DNA of 64,000 nucleotides from a bacterium. Lineage in GTDB: Bacteria; SAR324; XYD2-FULL-50-16; G965216635. The DNA is taken from positions 480,001 through 544,000 of the forward strand of contig OZ244188.1 in the NCBI GenBank assembly GCA_965216635.1, in the 5' to 3' direction. This document shows, piece by piece, positions 1 to 9,931 of this stretch. The notes under the pieces are model-generated. The model saw only the letters and a list, made by a program, of their open reading frames with translations. It did no database searches and was not told where the DNA came from. Within the stretch, counting starts at the first letter, position 1. The number at the start of each line of letters is the position of its first letter. A program made the position numbers and the translations under genes.

Positions 1-247
1 TTTAAAAATATAACAAAGAGATTGGCTTTTTTTCTCATAATAATTGCAAGTTGTTTCTTAATTATCTCAATATAATGAATATTTGCTACACTTATTGAAA
101 ATAAATGTCAAGATTTATTTTTACTAGCTTAGTTTTAACGTTGTTTTCTATTCAAATCTTGACTTTTATTTTAAGTCAGTGCCACAATAATGGGAGCAAG
201 GTTGAGTGTATAATTTCCCCCAAAAAATAAAAACCAGAAAATAAAAA

Positions 248-1333
248 TTGGAAATGTTTAAAATTGTTCTCTTAGAAGGAGATGGTATAGGAAGCGAGGT
301 AATAAGGCAGGCTGTCCGAGTCTTAGAATTTGTTGCGGAAAAAAAAAACTTAAAACTGTCCTTAGAAAAAGCCCTTATTGGTGGAATTGCTTACGAAGAG
401 TTGGGCAGACCAGATCCCGATGAAACTATTGATTTGTGCCGCGGTGCTAAAGCTGTTTTATTGGGAGCAGTGGGGGGACCTCAATGGGATGGCTTGGCTC
501 GGGATAAAAGAGCAGAGCAGGGTTTGTTACGCCTGCGGTATGATTTGGGACTTTTTGCTAACCTTCGTCCGGCAAAAATTTACGCTCCTTTAGTGGATGC
601 TTCTTCTTTAAAAAGGGAAGTTTTGGTTGGTACAGATGTTATGGTGATAAGGGAGCTTACTGGCGGGGCTTATTTTGGAAAGCCTAGGGGTGTAGAAAAA
701 ACTGCTAAAGGTAGGAAGGCTTTCAATAATATGGTCTACGAGGAATACGAAATCCAAAGAATAATTAAGGTTGCTTTTGATATTGCTCGCTTGAGGGGTA
801 AAAAACTTTGCTCTGTGGATAAAGCAAATGTGTTAGAGGTTAGCGGTCTTTGGAGGGAAATAGCTATGGAGCAGGCGAATGATTACCCTGATGTTGATTT
901 GAGTCATCTTTACATAGATAATGCTGTGATGCAGATTATCCGCGAACCAAGCCAGTTTGATACTTTGGTTACAGAAAATATGTTTGGTGATATTTTAAGC
1001 GATGCGAGCGCTATGATTACGGGCTCTATTGGTTTGTTGCCGAGTGCGAGTATTGGAGAAAAGTATAGTCTTTACGAACCAGTGCACGGCAGTGCTCCTG
1101 ATATTGCGGGAATGGATAAAGCGAATCCTTTGGCTACGATTTTATCTGTGGGTATGATGTTTCATTATAGTTTCCAAATGCCTGAAGCAAATCTACAGAT
1201 AGAAAAGGCTGTTTGTGATGTTTTGGAACAATATCGCACGGAGGACATAAAAGAAGTGGGGAAAAAAACAGTGGGTTGTGTAGAAATGGGGGATTTGGTT
1301 ATGGAGAGTCTGCAAAATTTGCGTTCTGTTTAG
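248..1333 (+). CDS. leuB: 3-isopropylmalate dehydrogenase
   Basis: GDGIG, LLGAVGGP, NLRP, VDKANVL, NMFGDILSD and EPVHGSAPDIAG motifs. The last codons and stop lie inside a palindromic element. Confidence 0.97.
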   Translation: MEMFKIVLLEGDGIGSEVIRQAVRVLEFVAEKKNLKLSLEKALIGGIAYEELGRPDPDETIDLCRGAKAVLLGAVGGPQWDGLARDKRAEQGLLRLRYDLGLFANLRPAKIYAPLVDASSLKREVLVGTDVMVIRELTGGAYFGKPRGVEKTAKGRKAFNNMVYEEYEIQRIIKVAFDIARLRGKKLCSVDKANVLEVSGLWREIAMEQANDYPDVDLSHLYIDNAVMQIIREPSQFDTLVTENMFGDILSDASAMITGSIGLLPSASIGEKYSLYEPVHGSAPDIAGMDKANPLATILSVGMMFHYSFQMPEANLQIEKAVCDVLEQYRTEDIKEVGKKTVGCVEMGDLVMESLQNLRSV

Positions 1334-1689
1334 CCTATGCAGCGTTGAAAATTTACAAAAAATGCTCACATACTATCGTGTATGCTCCGCTTTTTTGTAA
1401 ATTTTCGCCTTGCCTAGCCGTCACATAACGCAAATTAAAAATTAAAAAGTCTATTATATTTTTAATGCAAAAATAGACCTTTAAATTTGCTTATCTAGTT
1501 TAGCCTATGCAGCGTTGAAAAAAAAATTTAACTCTTGAAATATTACATATATTCCAGCGAGCTAAATTTTTTTTTCGCCTTGCCTAGCCGTCACATAACG
1601 CAAATTAAAAATTAAAAAGTCTATTATATTTTTAATGCAAAAATAGACCTTTAAATTTGCTTGTCTAGTTTAGCCAAAACAAAGGTCTA
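1306..1689. mobile_element. Tandem cluster of three palindromic (ERIC/MITE-like) elements: 1306-1453, 1474-1623 and a short 1644-1689
   Basis: Ends TAGACCTTT.AATTTGC / AAAGTCTA or AAAGGTCTA. About 100 bp is directly repeated at a 170-bp offset (1402-1505 vs 1572-1675). Internal arms GCGTTGAAAA...TTTTCGCCTTG. Confidence 0.85.
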
Positions 1690-1710
1690 ATAAATCTATT
1701 CTACTGGAAA

Positions 1711-2211
1711 TTGATGCAATCGTCTTTTTGTTTAAAAACAGCACAAATAGATAACACTCCTTATTCCTTTTCTTTTTCTTTTTCTTTTGAGAAAAATTTC
1801 TATGAGTACGATGGTTCCGATCATTTGGCTAAAGAAGAAATAGCGTTCAATGGATCTCCAGAATTGGAGCAAGTAAAAATGGTTTGTAACGGGGTGATAA
1901 CAAAAAAGGAGACAGATTTTTTTCTTTTGAAGGGAAGTTATGAAGCTTCTTTTGAGGGCTGCTGTCATCTTTGTTCGGAAAATTTTCCTTTTTTTAAAAA
2001 AGGTTCTTTGTCGCTGTTTTTATCGCCACAACAGGATGTTGCTCGTAAATTTAATTCCAGTTCGTCGCATTCTGTAGATGATGAGGTGGATGTGGCTCAT
2101 TATCAAGGAGGGGAATTGAATTTGAATAGCTATTTTAAAGAGCAATTTTTGTTGGATTTGCCTTTTTGTATGAAGTGTAAGGATGATTGTAAGGGCTTTG
2201 TGGCTCTTTAA
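1711..2211 (+). CDS. YceD/DUF177 family protein; C-terminus possibly frameshifted
   Basis: CxxC (CHLC) and C-terminal LDLPFCMKCKDDCKG. A CSC...NPF continuation lies in another frame, ending at 2284. Confidence 0.72.
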   Translation: MMQSSFCLKTAQIDNTPYSFSFSFSFEKNFYEYDGSDHLAKEEIAFNGSPELEQVKMVCNGVITKKETDFFLLKGSYEASFEGCCHLCSENFPFFKKGSLSLFLSPQQDVARKFNSSSSHSVDDEVDVAHYQGGELNLNSYFKEQFLLDLPFCMKCKDDCKGFVAL

Positions 2212-2351
2212 CTTTAAGCATTGTAGTTGTAGTGTTAAAAATGGAGTGAGTAATCCTTTTCAAGAATATTTCTTAAAAAGTTAAGCGTCGTGCTTGTTTT
2301 TATCGTTTTTTTCTATTATAGTTTGAATGGTAGATTAAAATTAGAGGATTA

Positions 2352-2400
2352 CGCAAATTCAAAGGTCTACCGAATAAATAAAATAGACCTTGTGAAATTT
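2352..2400. repeat. Two outward-facing terminal-repeat remnants of the palindromic element
   Basis: CGCAAATTCAAAGGTCTA followed by TAGACCTTG. Confidence 0.6.
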
Positions 2401-2450
2401 TTGTGTAGCAGCTAAAGAATGAACTTACAAAGAACTTACAAAACAGGAAA

Positions 2451-3116
2451 ATGAATTTAATTGCTCTTATTAGTCAATACGAATGGATTATCACGGTTAT
2501 ACTTATTCCTTGTATAATATTCCTTTTATCTCAATGGAAAAAGAATATTATTTGGAAAACTAAAAGAGAATATTTTGAAAAAAATCAAGGAAAAGAAAAT
2601 AGTAAATTCTGGGATTTTTTAAAAAATGAATCTAAAAGAACAGAAGACAGATTTAATGCTTTAACTGCCAGAACAGAAGATAGATTTAATGCTTTAACCG
2701 CCAGAATTGATGCACGCAATATAAATTACGCTCAAGATAATTCGCCATTATCAATCAGTGAAGCAGGAGAAAAAGTGAATAAGAAAATAAGAGTAGATTT
2801 ATTATTAAACAAGTATCAAGATGAATTTTTTGGAAAACTAAATTTTCCTTTTGAAAAAGAATATCAAATACAAAAAGAATGTTTTGATCTTATAAATTCT
2901 GATTTAAAGCAGCGCTTAACAGCAGAAGAATGGGAGAAACTTGAAGAAGTCGCTTACAATGAAGGGGTTTTTGCTGAAAAATTTTTTATTATTTTTCAAA
3001 TCTTATTGAGAGATATGGCTATTAAGCATAATGATAAAATCAAGAAACACGAGGAAAAAAGAAAAAAGGTAGACAGAAAAAAAAATGAGAAAAAAGAAAC
3101 AAAAGACCTTGTTTGA
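2451..3116 (+). CDS. Hypothetical membrane-anchored protein with an internal 11-aa duplication
   Basis: N-terminal hydrophobic helix and RTEDRFNALTA x2 (33-bp repeat, 2637-2702). Paralogous to 4161-4753. Confidence 0.75.
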   Translation: MNLIALISQYEWIITVILIPCIIFLLSQWKKNIIWKTKREYFEKNQGKENSKFWDFLKNESKRTEDRFNALTARTEDRFNALTARIDARNINYAQDNSPLSISEAGEKVNKKIRVDLLLNKYQDEFFGKLNFPFEKEYQIQKECFDLINSDLKQRLTAEEWEKLEEVAYNEGVFAEKFFIIFQILLRDMAIKHNDKIKKHEEKRKKVDRKKNEKKETKDLV

Positions 3117-3159
3117 TAAAACGCCAGAATTTGATAAAATAAAAAAGGAGACTACAAAC

Positions 3160-3210
3160 TTCTTTTTGACGCAGCATAACCGAACTAGAATGTCTTACTA
3201 TTCAAAAAAT
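3160..3210 (-). repeat. Fragment of palindromic element (left arm, reverse orientation)
   Basis: GACGCAGCATAACCGAACTAGAATGTCT is the reverse complement of the arm seen at 9670-9700 and 47140-47167. Confidence 0.65.
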
Positions 3211-3214
3211 TAAG

Positions 3215-3970
3215 TTGAGTCTGTTTAAATTTTTTTTTTCTTTATTTTTGATTTTTTGCAGTTTCAATGCCAGTGGTTTTGATGGTGATTTTAATGCTGT
3301 CACTAATCAAAAAAAAATTACTATTTCCGCTGCTTCTAGCCTACAAGAATCTTTAACAAAAATACTGAAAAACCAGCTGGAAGAAAGAAAAATCTCTCTC
3401 AATTTAGCAGCATCGGGCACTCTGGCAAGACAAATTTTAGCAGGCGCAAAAATTCATTTATTCATTAGTGCCAATTCTTTATGGATAGAGGCTTTACAAA
3501 AAAAAAAACTGATAGAGCATAAAAACACCAGTTATTTTATATCTAATAGGTTGGCTCTTGTGAAAAATTGCAAAAAACCATCCCAATCTTTGCAGACTGC
3601 ATCGCGTATTGCAGTGGGAGATTTTGAATATGTACCTGTGGGTATTTACGCTAAAAACTACTTAAAAAAATCAGCACTTTTGGATGGATTGTCCGCAAAA
3701 TTTGTTTTTACTATCAGCGAAACTCAAGCAGTGCAATATGTCAAAAGATCTTTAGTAGATTTGGCTTTTGTTTATTATACATCGCTCTTGTTTGAAAAAA
3801 ATTTATGTCTAATACAACTCGTAGACTCTGCAAAATCTGGAAACATTGCTTACCAAATTACAATTATTGCCAAAAATAAAAACCCGCAGGTATTAGAGAT
3901 TTATAGATACTTAAAGTCAAATGAGGTTTTAAATTTTATGCAGAAAGAGGGCTTTGTAATCAATAAATAG
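3215..3970 (+). CDS. modA: Molybdate ABC transporter periplasmic binding protein
   Basis: Signal peptide, AASSL, AASGTLARQI..GA, FISAN, VPVGIYA. Confidence 0.9.
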   Translation: MSLFKFFFSLFLIFCSFNASGFDGDFNAVTNQKKITISAASSLQESLTKILKNQLEERKISLNLAASGTLARQILAGAKIHLFISANSLWIEALQKKKLIEHKNTSYFISNRLALVKNCKKPSQSLQTASRIAVGDFEYVPVGIYAKNYLKKSALLDGLSAKFVFTISETQAVQYVKRSLVDLAFVYYTSLLFEKNLCLIQLVDSAKSGNIAYQITIIAKNKNPQVLEIYRYLKSNEVLNFMQKEGFVINK

Positions 3971-4075
3971 GAAAAATTTCAGGGAATTAGAAGCAATAAA
4001 AAAGTAAAAAAATAAAAAAGTTATGTTTTTTTATTTTTTGTGTTATTATTTTTATAAAGTTTGATTATTTGGATG

Positions 4076-4146
4076 CATTAAAACATTAAAACATTAAAAC
4101 ATTAAAACATTAAAACATTAAAACATTAAAACATTAAAACATTAAA
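4076..4146. repeat. 8-bp tandem repeat (CATTAAAA) x ~9
   Basis: Eight full units plus a 7-bp partial unit, ending 14 bp upstream of the ATG at 4161. Confidence 0.95.
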
Positions 4147-4160
4147 CTACCAAAACAAAA

Positions 4161-4753
4161 ATGTTAACATTTTTACTTAAACAGCTAGAAGATTGGGGAT
4201 ATGCTGGTTTGTTTATACTTTTATTTGTTGTTGCTTTTTTTGCAATTTGGAAAATAGCAAAATTTTTAGGGAGGTGGGAAAGTAAAGATGAAGATGTATC
4301 TAACTTAAAAAGCAAATGGGATATAGATATTCCTGAGATAAAAGGAAAATTACAAGCAATACAAGCAACACTGGATGTTTTTATGCAAAAAACTCCTAGT
4401 AGCCCTGTTATCGCAAAGAGCCCAGCAAGCTAACTGAAATTGGCGAAAAAATTGTTGATAAAATTCAAGCTTACGATTTTATAAAAAGAAATAAAGAAAA
4501 GTTAGTCGGGCTAATAGATAAAAGTAACCCCAAAAATGCTTATGATGTTCAGCAAGCCTGTTTTTCTATTGTTGAGGATTTTGAAGAGATGTTAAGCGAC
4601 GAAGAATTATAAATTGCAAAAAAATACTCTGTTAGTAATGGTATTTTATTAAGACAAACTTTGTTTGTTTTTTCAATTTTACTACGGAATGAAATATTAG
4701 AAGATAAGGGGTGGATTATAGAAGGTGTAGCTGAAAATACTCAGAGACCTTAG
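4161..4753 (+). pseudogene. Disrupted paralog of the 2451-3116 protein
   Basis: Frame 1 stops at 4433 (SPAS*). Homology continues in another frame (LTEIGEKI...YDVQQACF...ILLRNE) with an in-frame TAA at 4610-4612 and final TAG at 4753. Confidence 0.8.
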
Positions 4754-4858
4754 GAGGTTTTCCAATTAGTATAGTCGTCCAGTTCCAACCATTTCTGCTG
4801 TTTTTTTTCAAAAAAAGAATTTGATTTTTTTGATAAAAAATATAGTTTTTAAAAAAAC

Positions 4859-4888
4859 TTGACATTCCTTGTGATTTTTGTAGAAAAT
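4859..4888 (+). promoter_or_regulatory. Putative sigma70 promoter of the str operon
   Basis: Perfect TTGACA at 4859-4864. The -10-like TAGAAAAT is imperfect. Confidence 0.5.
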
Positions 4889-4911
4889 GTTATTTTGATA
4901 TTAAAAACACA

Positions 4912-4959
4912 AGATCCTTGCATTAGTTTAGAGACTGTGGCAAACTGATGCAAGGGTCT
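4912..4959. repeat. Miniature palindromic element in the rpsL leader
   Basis: AGATCCTTGCATTAGTTT...AAACTGATGCAAGGGTCT. Confidence 0.75.
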
Positions 4960-4980
4960 CAATATTTAAGAATTTAAGAA

Positions 4981-5361
4981 GTGCCAACTTTAAACCAACT
5001 GATAAGAAAAAAAAGACGGAATAAGACTGTAAAAAATAAAGTCCCAGCCTTAACCCATTGCCCTCAAAGAAAGGGTGTGTGTCTTAAGGTTTATACAACG
5101 ACGCCTAAGAAACCTAATTCTGCTTTGCGAAAAGTGGCTAGGGTAGCTTTGACGAATAACTACGAAGTCACAGCCTACATACCGGGCGTAGGGCATAATT
5201 TACAGGAGCATTCCATTGTTTTGATTAGAGGAGGTAGAGTAAAAGATTTGCCTGGAGTTCGCTATCACATTGTACGTGGTGTTATGGATACTCAAGGAAC
5301 GGCGAATAGAAAACAGGGAAGATCTAAGTATGGGACTAGGAAAGAAAAACAAGGTAAGTAA
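4981..5361 (+). CDS. rpsL: 30S ribosomal protein S12
   Basis: [10 protein letters not shown] and [13 protein letters not shown] start. Confidence 0.99.
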   Translation: MPTLNQLIRKKRRNKTVKNKVPALTHCPQRKGVCLKVYTTTPKKPNSALRKVARVALTNNYEVTAYIPGVGHNLQEHSIVLIRGGRVKDLPGVRYHIVRGVMDTQGTANRKQGRSKYGTRKEKQGK

Positions 5362-5386
5362 AATATAAAAAAAAATATGAAAAAAA

Positions 5387-5866
5387 ATGTCTAGAAGAAG
5401 ATCAGCTGGAAAAAGGAAAGTAATACCAGATACTCGCTATAATAGTGCGGTAGTCACTAAGTTTATCAATTTTTTGATGAGGCGAGGCAAAAAAGGGGTC
5501 GCCCAAAAGATTTTTTACTCTAGTTTGGATAGGTTTAAGCTAAAAGTAGACGGAGATGTTTTAGAAATTTTTCAATCAGCTTTGGATAATGTCAAACCTC
5601 GCTTTGAAGTAAAGTCTAGAAGGGTTGGCGGTTCTACTTATCGCATTCCAATAGAAGTAAAAGTGGATAGAAAACTTACCTTAGCTATCCGTTGGTTGAT
5701 TACTAGCTCACAGGCTCGGAATGGAAAATCTATGATAGAAAAATTATCTGATGAATTGATTGATGCTTATAACAAGAAAGGTGGAGCTATAAAGAAAAAA
5801 GAAGAAGTTCACAAGATGGCTGAAGCAAATAAAGCTTTCTCGCATTACGCATGGCATGGACGCTAG
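5387..5866 (+). CDS. rpsG: 30S ribosomal protein S7
   Basis: EVKSRRVGGSTY and HKMAEANKAF. Confidence 0.99.
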   Translation: MSRRRSAGKRKVIPDTRYNSAVVTKFINFLMRRGKKGVAQKIFYSSLDRFKLKVDGDVLEIFQSALDNVKPRFEVKSRRVGGSTYRIPIEVKVDRKLTLAIRWLITSSQARNGKSMIEKLSDELIDAYNKKGGAIKKKEEVHKMAEANKAFSHYAWHGR

Positions 5867-5872
5867 AGGGGC

Positions 5873-7924
5873 ATGGACGCTAGCCGAATAAGAAATATAG
5901 GTATTGTAGCTCACATAGATGCGGGAAAAACTACCACTACGGAACGATTCCTTTATTATACTGGTAAAAATCATAAGTTAGGCGAAGTTCACGATGGGGC
6001 TGCGACTATGGATTGGATGGTTCAAGAACAAGAAAGAGGCATTACTATTACAGCTGCTGCTACTACTTGTCTTTGGAAAAGAAATGGCAAACAGTTTCAA
6101 ATCAATATTATTGATACACCGGGACATATTGATTTTGGAATAGAAGTAGAAAGAAGTTTGAGGGTTCTGGATGGTGCTATCGTAGTGCTTTGTGCTGTGG
6201 CGGGTATTCAACCTCAGACGGAGACTGTTTGGAAACAATCAGAAAAATTTTTAATACCGAAGCTTGTTTTTGTTAATAAGCTAGATAGGGTAGGAGCTGA
6301 TTTTTTTGCAGTAGTAGAAAAACTGAAAGAAACTCTTTCTGTAAAGCCAGTGTGTGTCAATATTCCTATGTATGAAGAGGAGAATTTTTGCGGAGTTATT
6401 GATCTGATTAGAATGAAGATGATTTTGTTTGATGAGGAAACTTTAGGAGCAAAATATGAGGTACTAGATATTCCAGAGTCTTATCAACTACAAGCCCAAG
6501 AAGAAAGAGAAAAAATGATGAATAGTATTTCTCTTATAGATGATGGAATTGTAGAGAAATTGTTGGATAACAAGAAAGTCTCTGATGCAGAAATTATAGA
6601 AGCTATTCGCACTGGAACGTGCCAGAGAGATTTGGTGCCAGTCCTTTGTGGAGCTGCTTTAAAAAATAAGGGTATCCAGCTTGTGCTGGACGCTTTGATA
6701 GATTTTTTACCTTCCCCGAAAGATGTGGATTACAGTTTAAAGGAAAATAGAGAAAATTATGATTTTCAGGTTTCAGCGGAAGCTCCTTTAGTAAGTTTGG
6801 TTTTTAAAACACACAAGGATAAGTATTCGGGTGTTTTTAGTTATATTAGGCTTTATCAAGGATCTTTAGAAACTGGAAAAACATACTATCTCAATAAAAA
6901 GAAAAAAGAAAAGATAGCAAATATTTATAGAATGCACGCTATCAAGAGAGAAAATATAACTCGGGCAGAAGCTGGAGAAATTGTTGCTGTATCTTTGAAT
7001 CATTCAAAAACGGGAGATACTCTTGCTGATAAAGGAGTGAATTTACTTTTAGAAAATATTCAGCCCTTTCAGCCTGTGGTTTCTATGGCAGTAGAGACAA
7101 AAACAAAAGAGGATTTGGATAAATTATCTCAGTCTCTTGCTACGATAGAACAAGAAGATTTGTCTTTTAAGGTGGCTAAAGATAAAGAAACGGGACAACT
7201 CCTGATTTCTGGAATGGGAGAATTGCATTTGGAGGTGATTAAGGATAAACTTATCCGAGAACACAAATTAGATATAGTCTGCGGAAAACCTCAGGTCTCT
7301 TATAGAGAATCTGTAAGTCAAACAGGAGAACAGACAGCAGAATTTAATAAGGTTTTAGCGGGAGAATCTGCTTATGTAAGCTGCAGCTTGCGGATAGAGA
7401 AAAACCAAGAAACAGAAGTAGCGGTTTTTGAGAATCAGGCTATTATTGATCATCCGCAAAAAGAAGAAATTTTGAAATCTATAGAAATTGCAGTAGAAAA
7501 ATCTACTTGCTCGGGTGTGATTGGAGGTTATCCTGTGATTCGGATAAAAACGACTTTATTAGAGCTAAAAACAAACGAAGGGACTGTGAATCCACAAGTT
7601 TTTGCTATTTGTGCTGCTCAGGCTTTTAGAGAATGTCTACTCAAATGTGGAGCCTACCTACTGAGTCCAGTGATGGCTTTACGAGTTTATTCTCCGCCAG
7701 AATATTTAGGAGATATTATCAATGATCTCAATGCACGAAAAGCTAAAGTGGAATCTATTGCAGAAGAAAAGAACGAACAGGTAGTGTGGGGTTATCTCCA
7801 TTTGACAAATTTGTTTGGATATACTACAGTTTTACGTTCTTTGTCTAAAGGAAAAGCTTATCATTCTGCTGAATTTGCCTACTTTGAATCTGTAGGTGAT
7901 GAAGGCAGTGGTAATTTGCATTAA
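5873..7924 (+). CDS. fusA: Elongation factor G (divergent, EF-G2-like domain IV)
   Basis: [24 protein letters not shown] and GMGELHLE motifs; located in the str operon. Confidence 0.93.
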   Translation: MDASRIRNIGIVAHIDAGKTTTTERFLYYTGKNHKLGEVHDGAATMDWMVQEQERGITITAAATTCLWKRNGKQFQINIIDTPGHIDFGIEVERSLRVLDGAIVVLCAVAGIQPQTETVWKQSEKFLIPKLVFVNKLDRVGADFFAVVEKLKETLSVKPVCVNIPMYEEENFCGVIDLIRMKMILFDEETLGAKYEVLDIPESYQLQAQEEREKMMNSISLIDDGIVEKLLDNKKVSDAEIIEAIRTGTCQRDLVPVLCGAALKNKGIQLVLDALIDFLPSPKDVDYSLKENRENYDFQVSAEAPLVSLVFKTHKDKYSGVFSYIRLYQGSLETGKTYYLNKKKKEKIANIYRMHAIKRENITRAEAGEIVAVSLNHSKTGDTLADKGVNLLLENIQPFQPVVSMAVETKTKEDLDKLSQSLATIEQEDLSFKVAKDKETGQLLISGMGELHLEVIKDKLIREHKLDIVCGKPQVSYRESVSQTGEQTAEFNKVLAGESAYVSCSLRIEKNQETEVAVFENQAIIDHPQKEEILKSIEIAVEKSTCSGVIGGYPVIRIKTTLLELKTNEGTVNPQVFAICAAQAFRECLLKCGAYLLSPVMALRVYSPPEYLGDIINDLNARKAKVESIAEEKNEQVVWGYLHLTNLFGYTTVLRSLSKGKAYHSAEFAYFESVGDEGSGNLH

Positions 7925-7978
7925 GGCTGATGATATGCGTTAGCAGGTGAGTGGGGGCTTTGTGGTTAATTAGGAGTA

Positions 7979-8005
7979 AGACCTCTGGGGTTATCCAAAG
8001 GGTCT
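7979..8005. repeat. Minimal terminal-repeat hairpin upstream of tuf
   Basis: AGACCTCTGG...CCAAAGGGTCT. Confidence 0.55.
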
Positions 8006-8044
8006 CTCAATAATTTTTAATTTTTAAATTTAAGGAGAAAAATA

Positions 8045-9241
8045 ATGGCTAAAGATACTTTTGTAAGAAATAAAACTCATGTTAATGTCGGCACTATCGG
8101 GCATGTGGATCACGGAAAAACAACCCTTACTGCTGGAATTACTAAAGTTTTAGCTTTTGCTGGAAAAGCAGAAGCTTCCGGTTATGGCGATATTGACAAC
8201 GCCCCAGAAGAAAAAGCGAGGGGCATAACAATTCAAACTGCTCATGTAGAATATGAGACAGAAAACAGGCACTACGCCCATGTAGACTGTCCTGGACATG
8301 CAGACTATGTGAAAAATATGATTACAGGTGCTGCTCAAATGGATGGAGCTATTTTAGTAGTGTCAGCTGCTGATGGACCTATGCCTCAAACTAAAGAGCA
8401 TATACTCTTGGCTCACCAAGTAGGAGTTCCTCATATTGTTGTCTTTTTGAATAAAACAGACCAGGTAGATGATCCCGATTTGTTAGAATTGGTAGAGGAG
8501 GAAATTCGTGAACTTTTAACAAAATATGAATTTCCGGGAGACAAAACTCCTATTATTCGCGGCAGCGCTTTGGCAGTTGAAAAATGTGAATCTACAGATA
8601 CGAATGACGAGGCTTTTAAACCAATCCACGAGCTTATGAAAGCTTTGGATGATTTTATTCCAGAACCTAAAAGAGAAATAGATAAAGATTTTTTGATGCC
8701 GGTAGAGGATGTTTTTTCTATTTCTGGAAGAGGGACAGTAGTGACTGGAAGAATTGAAAGAGGAAAAGTACTTAAAGACGAAGAAATAGAAATTGTGGGT
8801 ATTAGAGAATCCCAAAAAACCACCATTACAGGGGTGGAGATGTTTAGAAAAATTCTAGACAGCGGACAGGCGGGAGATAATGTGGGTTTGCTTTTGAGAG
8901 GAACTAAAAGAGAAGATGTGGAAAGAGGGCAGGTTATATGTAAACCCGGCTCCATTACTCCGCATACAAAATTTGAAGCGGAAATGTATGCTTTGACGAA
9001 AGACGAGGGAGGTAGGCATACTCCTTTTGTTTCTAATTATAGACCACAATTCTATTTTAGAACAACAGATGTAACTGGTGTGATTTCATTGCCTAAAGGA
9101 ACAGAGATGATTATGCCGGGTGACAATGCTTCTATTACTGTAGAACTGATTTCTAGTATTGCAATGGAAAATAATTTGAAATTTGCTATTAGAGAGGGTG
9201 GTAGAACAATAGGGGCTGGTAGTATTACTAAAATTCTTTAG
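8045..9241 (+). CDS. tuf: Elongation factor Tu
   Basis: [36 protein letters not shown] Shine-Dalgarno. Confidence 0.99.
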   Translation: MAKDTFVRNKTHVNVGTIGHVDHGKTTLTAGITKVLAFAGKAEASGYGDIDNAPEEKARGITIQTAHVEYETENRHYAHVDCPGHADYVKNMITGAAQMDGAILVVSAADGPMPQTKEHILLAHQVGVPHIVVFLNKTDQVDDPDLLELVEEEIRELLTKYEFPGDKTPIIRGSALAVEKCESTDTNDEAFKPIHELMKALDDFIPEPKREIDKDFLMPVEDVFSISGRGTVVTGRIERGKVLKDEEIEIVGIRESQKTTITGVEMFRKILDSGQAGDNVGLLLRGTKREDVERGQVICKPGSITPHTKFEAEMYALTKDEGGRHTPFVSNYRPQFYFRTTDVTGVISLPKGTEMIMPGDNASITVELISSIAMENNLKFAIREGGRTIGAGSITKIL

Positions 9242-9248
9242 AATAAGC

Positions 9249-9339
9249 GAGACCTTTGGCTTAGATATTCTAGTTCGGATAATGGCGTTAATTTTTTTGC
9301 CTTGCCTGACTTTCTTATAATGCCTAATGCAAAGATCTA
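9249..9339. mobile_element. Short palindromic element between tuf and rpsJ
   Basis: GAGACCTTTG...CAAAGATCTA ends; arms ATATTCTAGTTCGG / GCCTTGCCTGACTTTCTTATAATG. Confidence 0.8.
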
Positions 9340-9351
9340 TAAATAATTTTT

Positions 9352-9657
9352 ATGGCAAACAATAAAGTTAGAATTAAATTTAAGTCTTACGATGCAAAAA
9401 GGTTGGATGATGATATTAGAAAAATCATTTCAGTAGTGACTAGGTATGGCTCTCGCATTATCGGGCCCATACCTCTTCCTACAAAAAAGAAAATGTTTTG
9501 TGTAAATCGCTCCCCTCATGTAGATAAAAAATCTCGGGAGCAATTTCAATTTTGTGTGCATAAAAGATTAGTTTATCTTGTGGATTCTACACCTCAGACA
9601 ATGACTGCTTTGATGTCCATAGAGGTTTCGCCAGAAGTTGATATTAAAATAAATTAA
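9352..9657 (+). CDS. rpsJ: 30S ribosomal protein S10
   Basis: GPIPLPT and RSPHVDKKSREQF. Confidence 0.98.
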   Translation: MANNKVRIKFKSYDAKRLDDDIRKIISVVTRYGSRIIGPIPLPTKKKMFCVNRSPHVDKKSREQFQFCVHKRLVYLVDSTPQTMTALMSIEVSPEVDIKIN

Positions 9658-9931
9658 GAGAACTTTTGAATTAGATATTCTAGTTCGGCTATGCTGCGGT
9701 AAAATTTTTTTTGTGCTTGAAATACTCTCCTATTGCTTAAAAGTAAAATAAGGGTTATGGTGAAAGAACTGCGGGTTCTTTTATATTTCATTTGTGTTAG
9801 TCGGGAAGTTTTGTAGTGTACTTGGTCCCTTTATGGGTAGTGGCACTACGATGTTCTAGCGACCTAAAATTTTTTTGCCTTGTCTGGTTTTTCTATGTCT
9901 GGTTTTTCTATAATGCTTAATTCAAAGGTTA
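9658..9931. mobile_element. Palindromic element with cassette, occupying the usual rplC position
   Basis: AACTTTTGAATTAG...CTTAATTCAAAGGTT ends; cassette hairpin at 9760-9784; 15-bp tandem duplication at 9881-9910. Confidence 0.85.

Noticed and set aside
8150..9049. Antisense ORFs over tuf, and similar short shadow ORFs throughout the window
   Set aside because: They overlap well-supported conserved genes and show no recognisable motifs.
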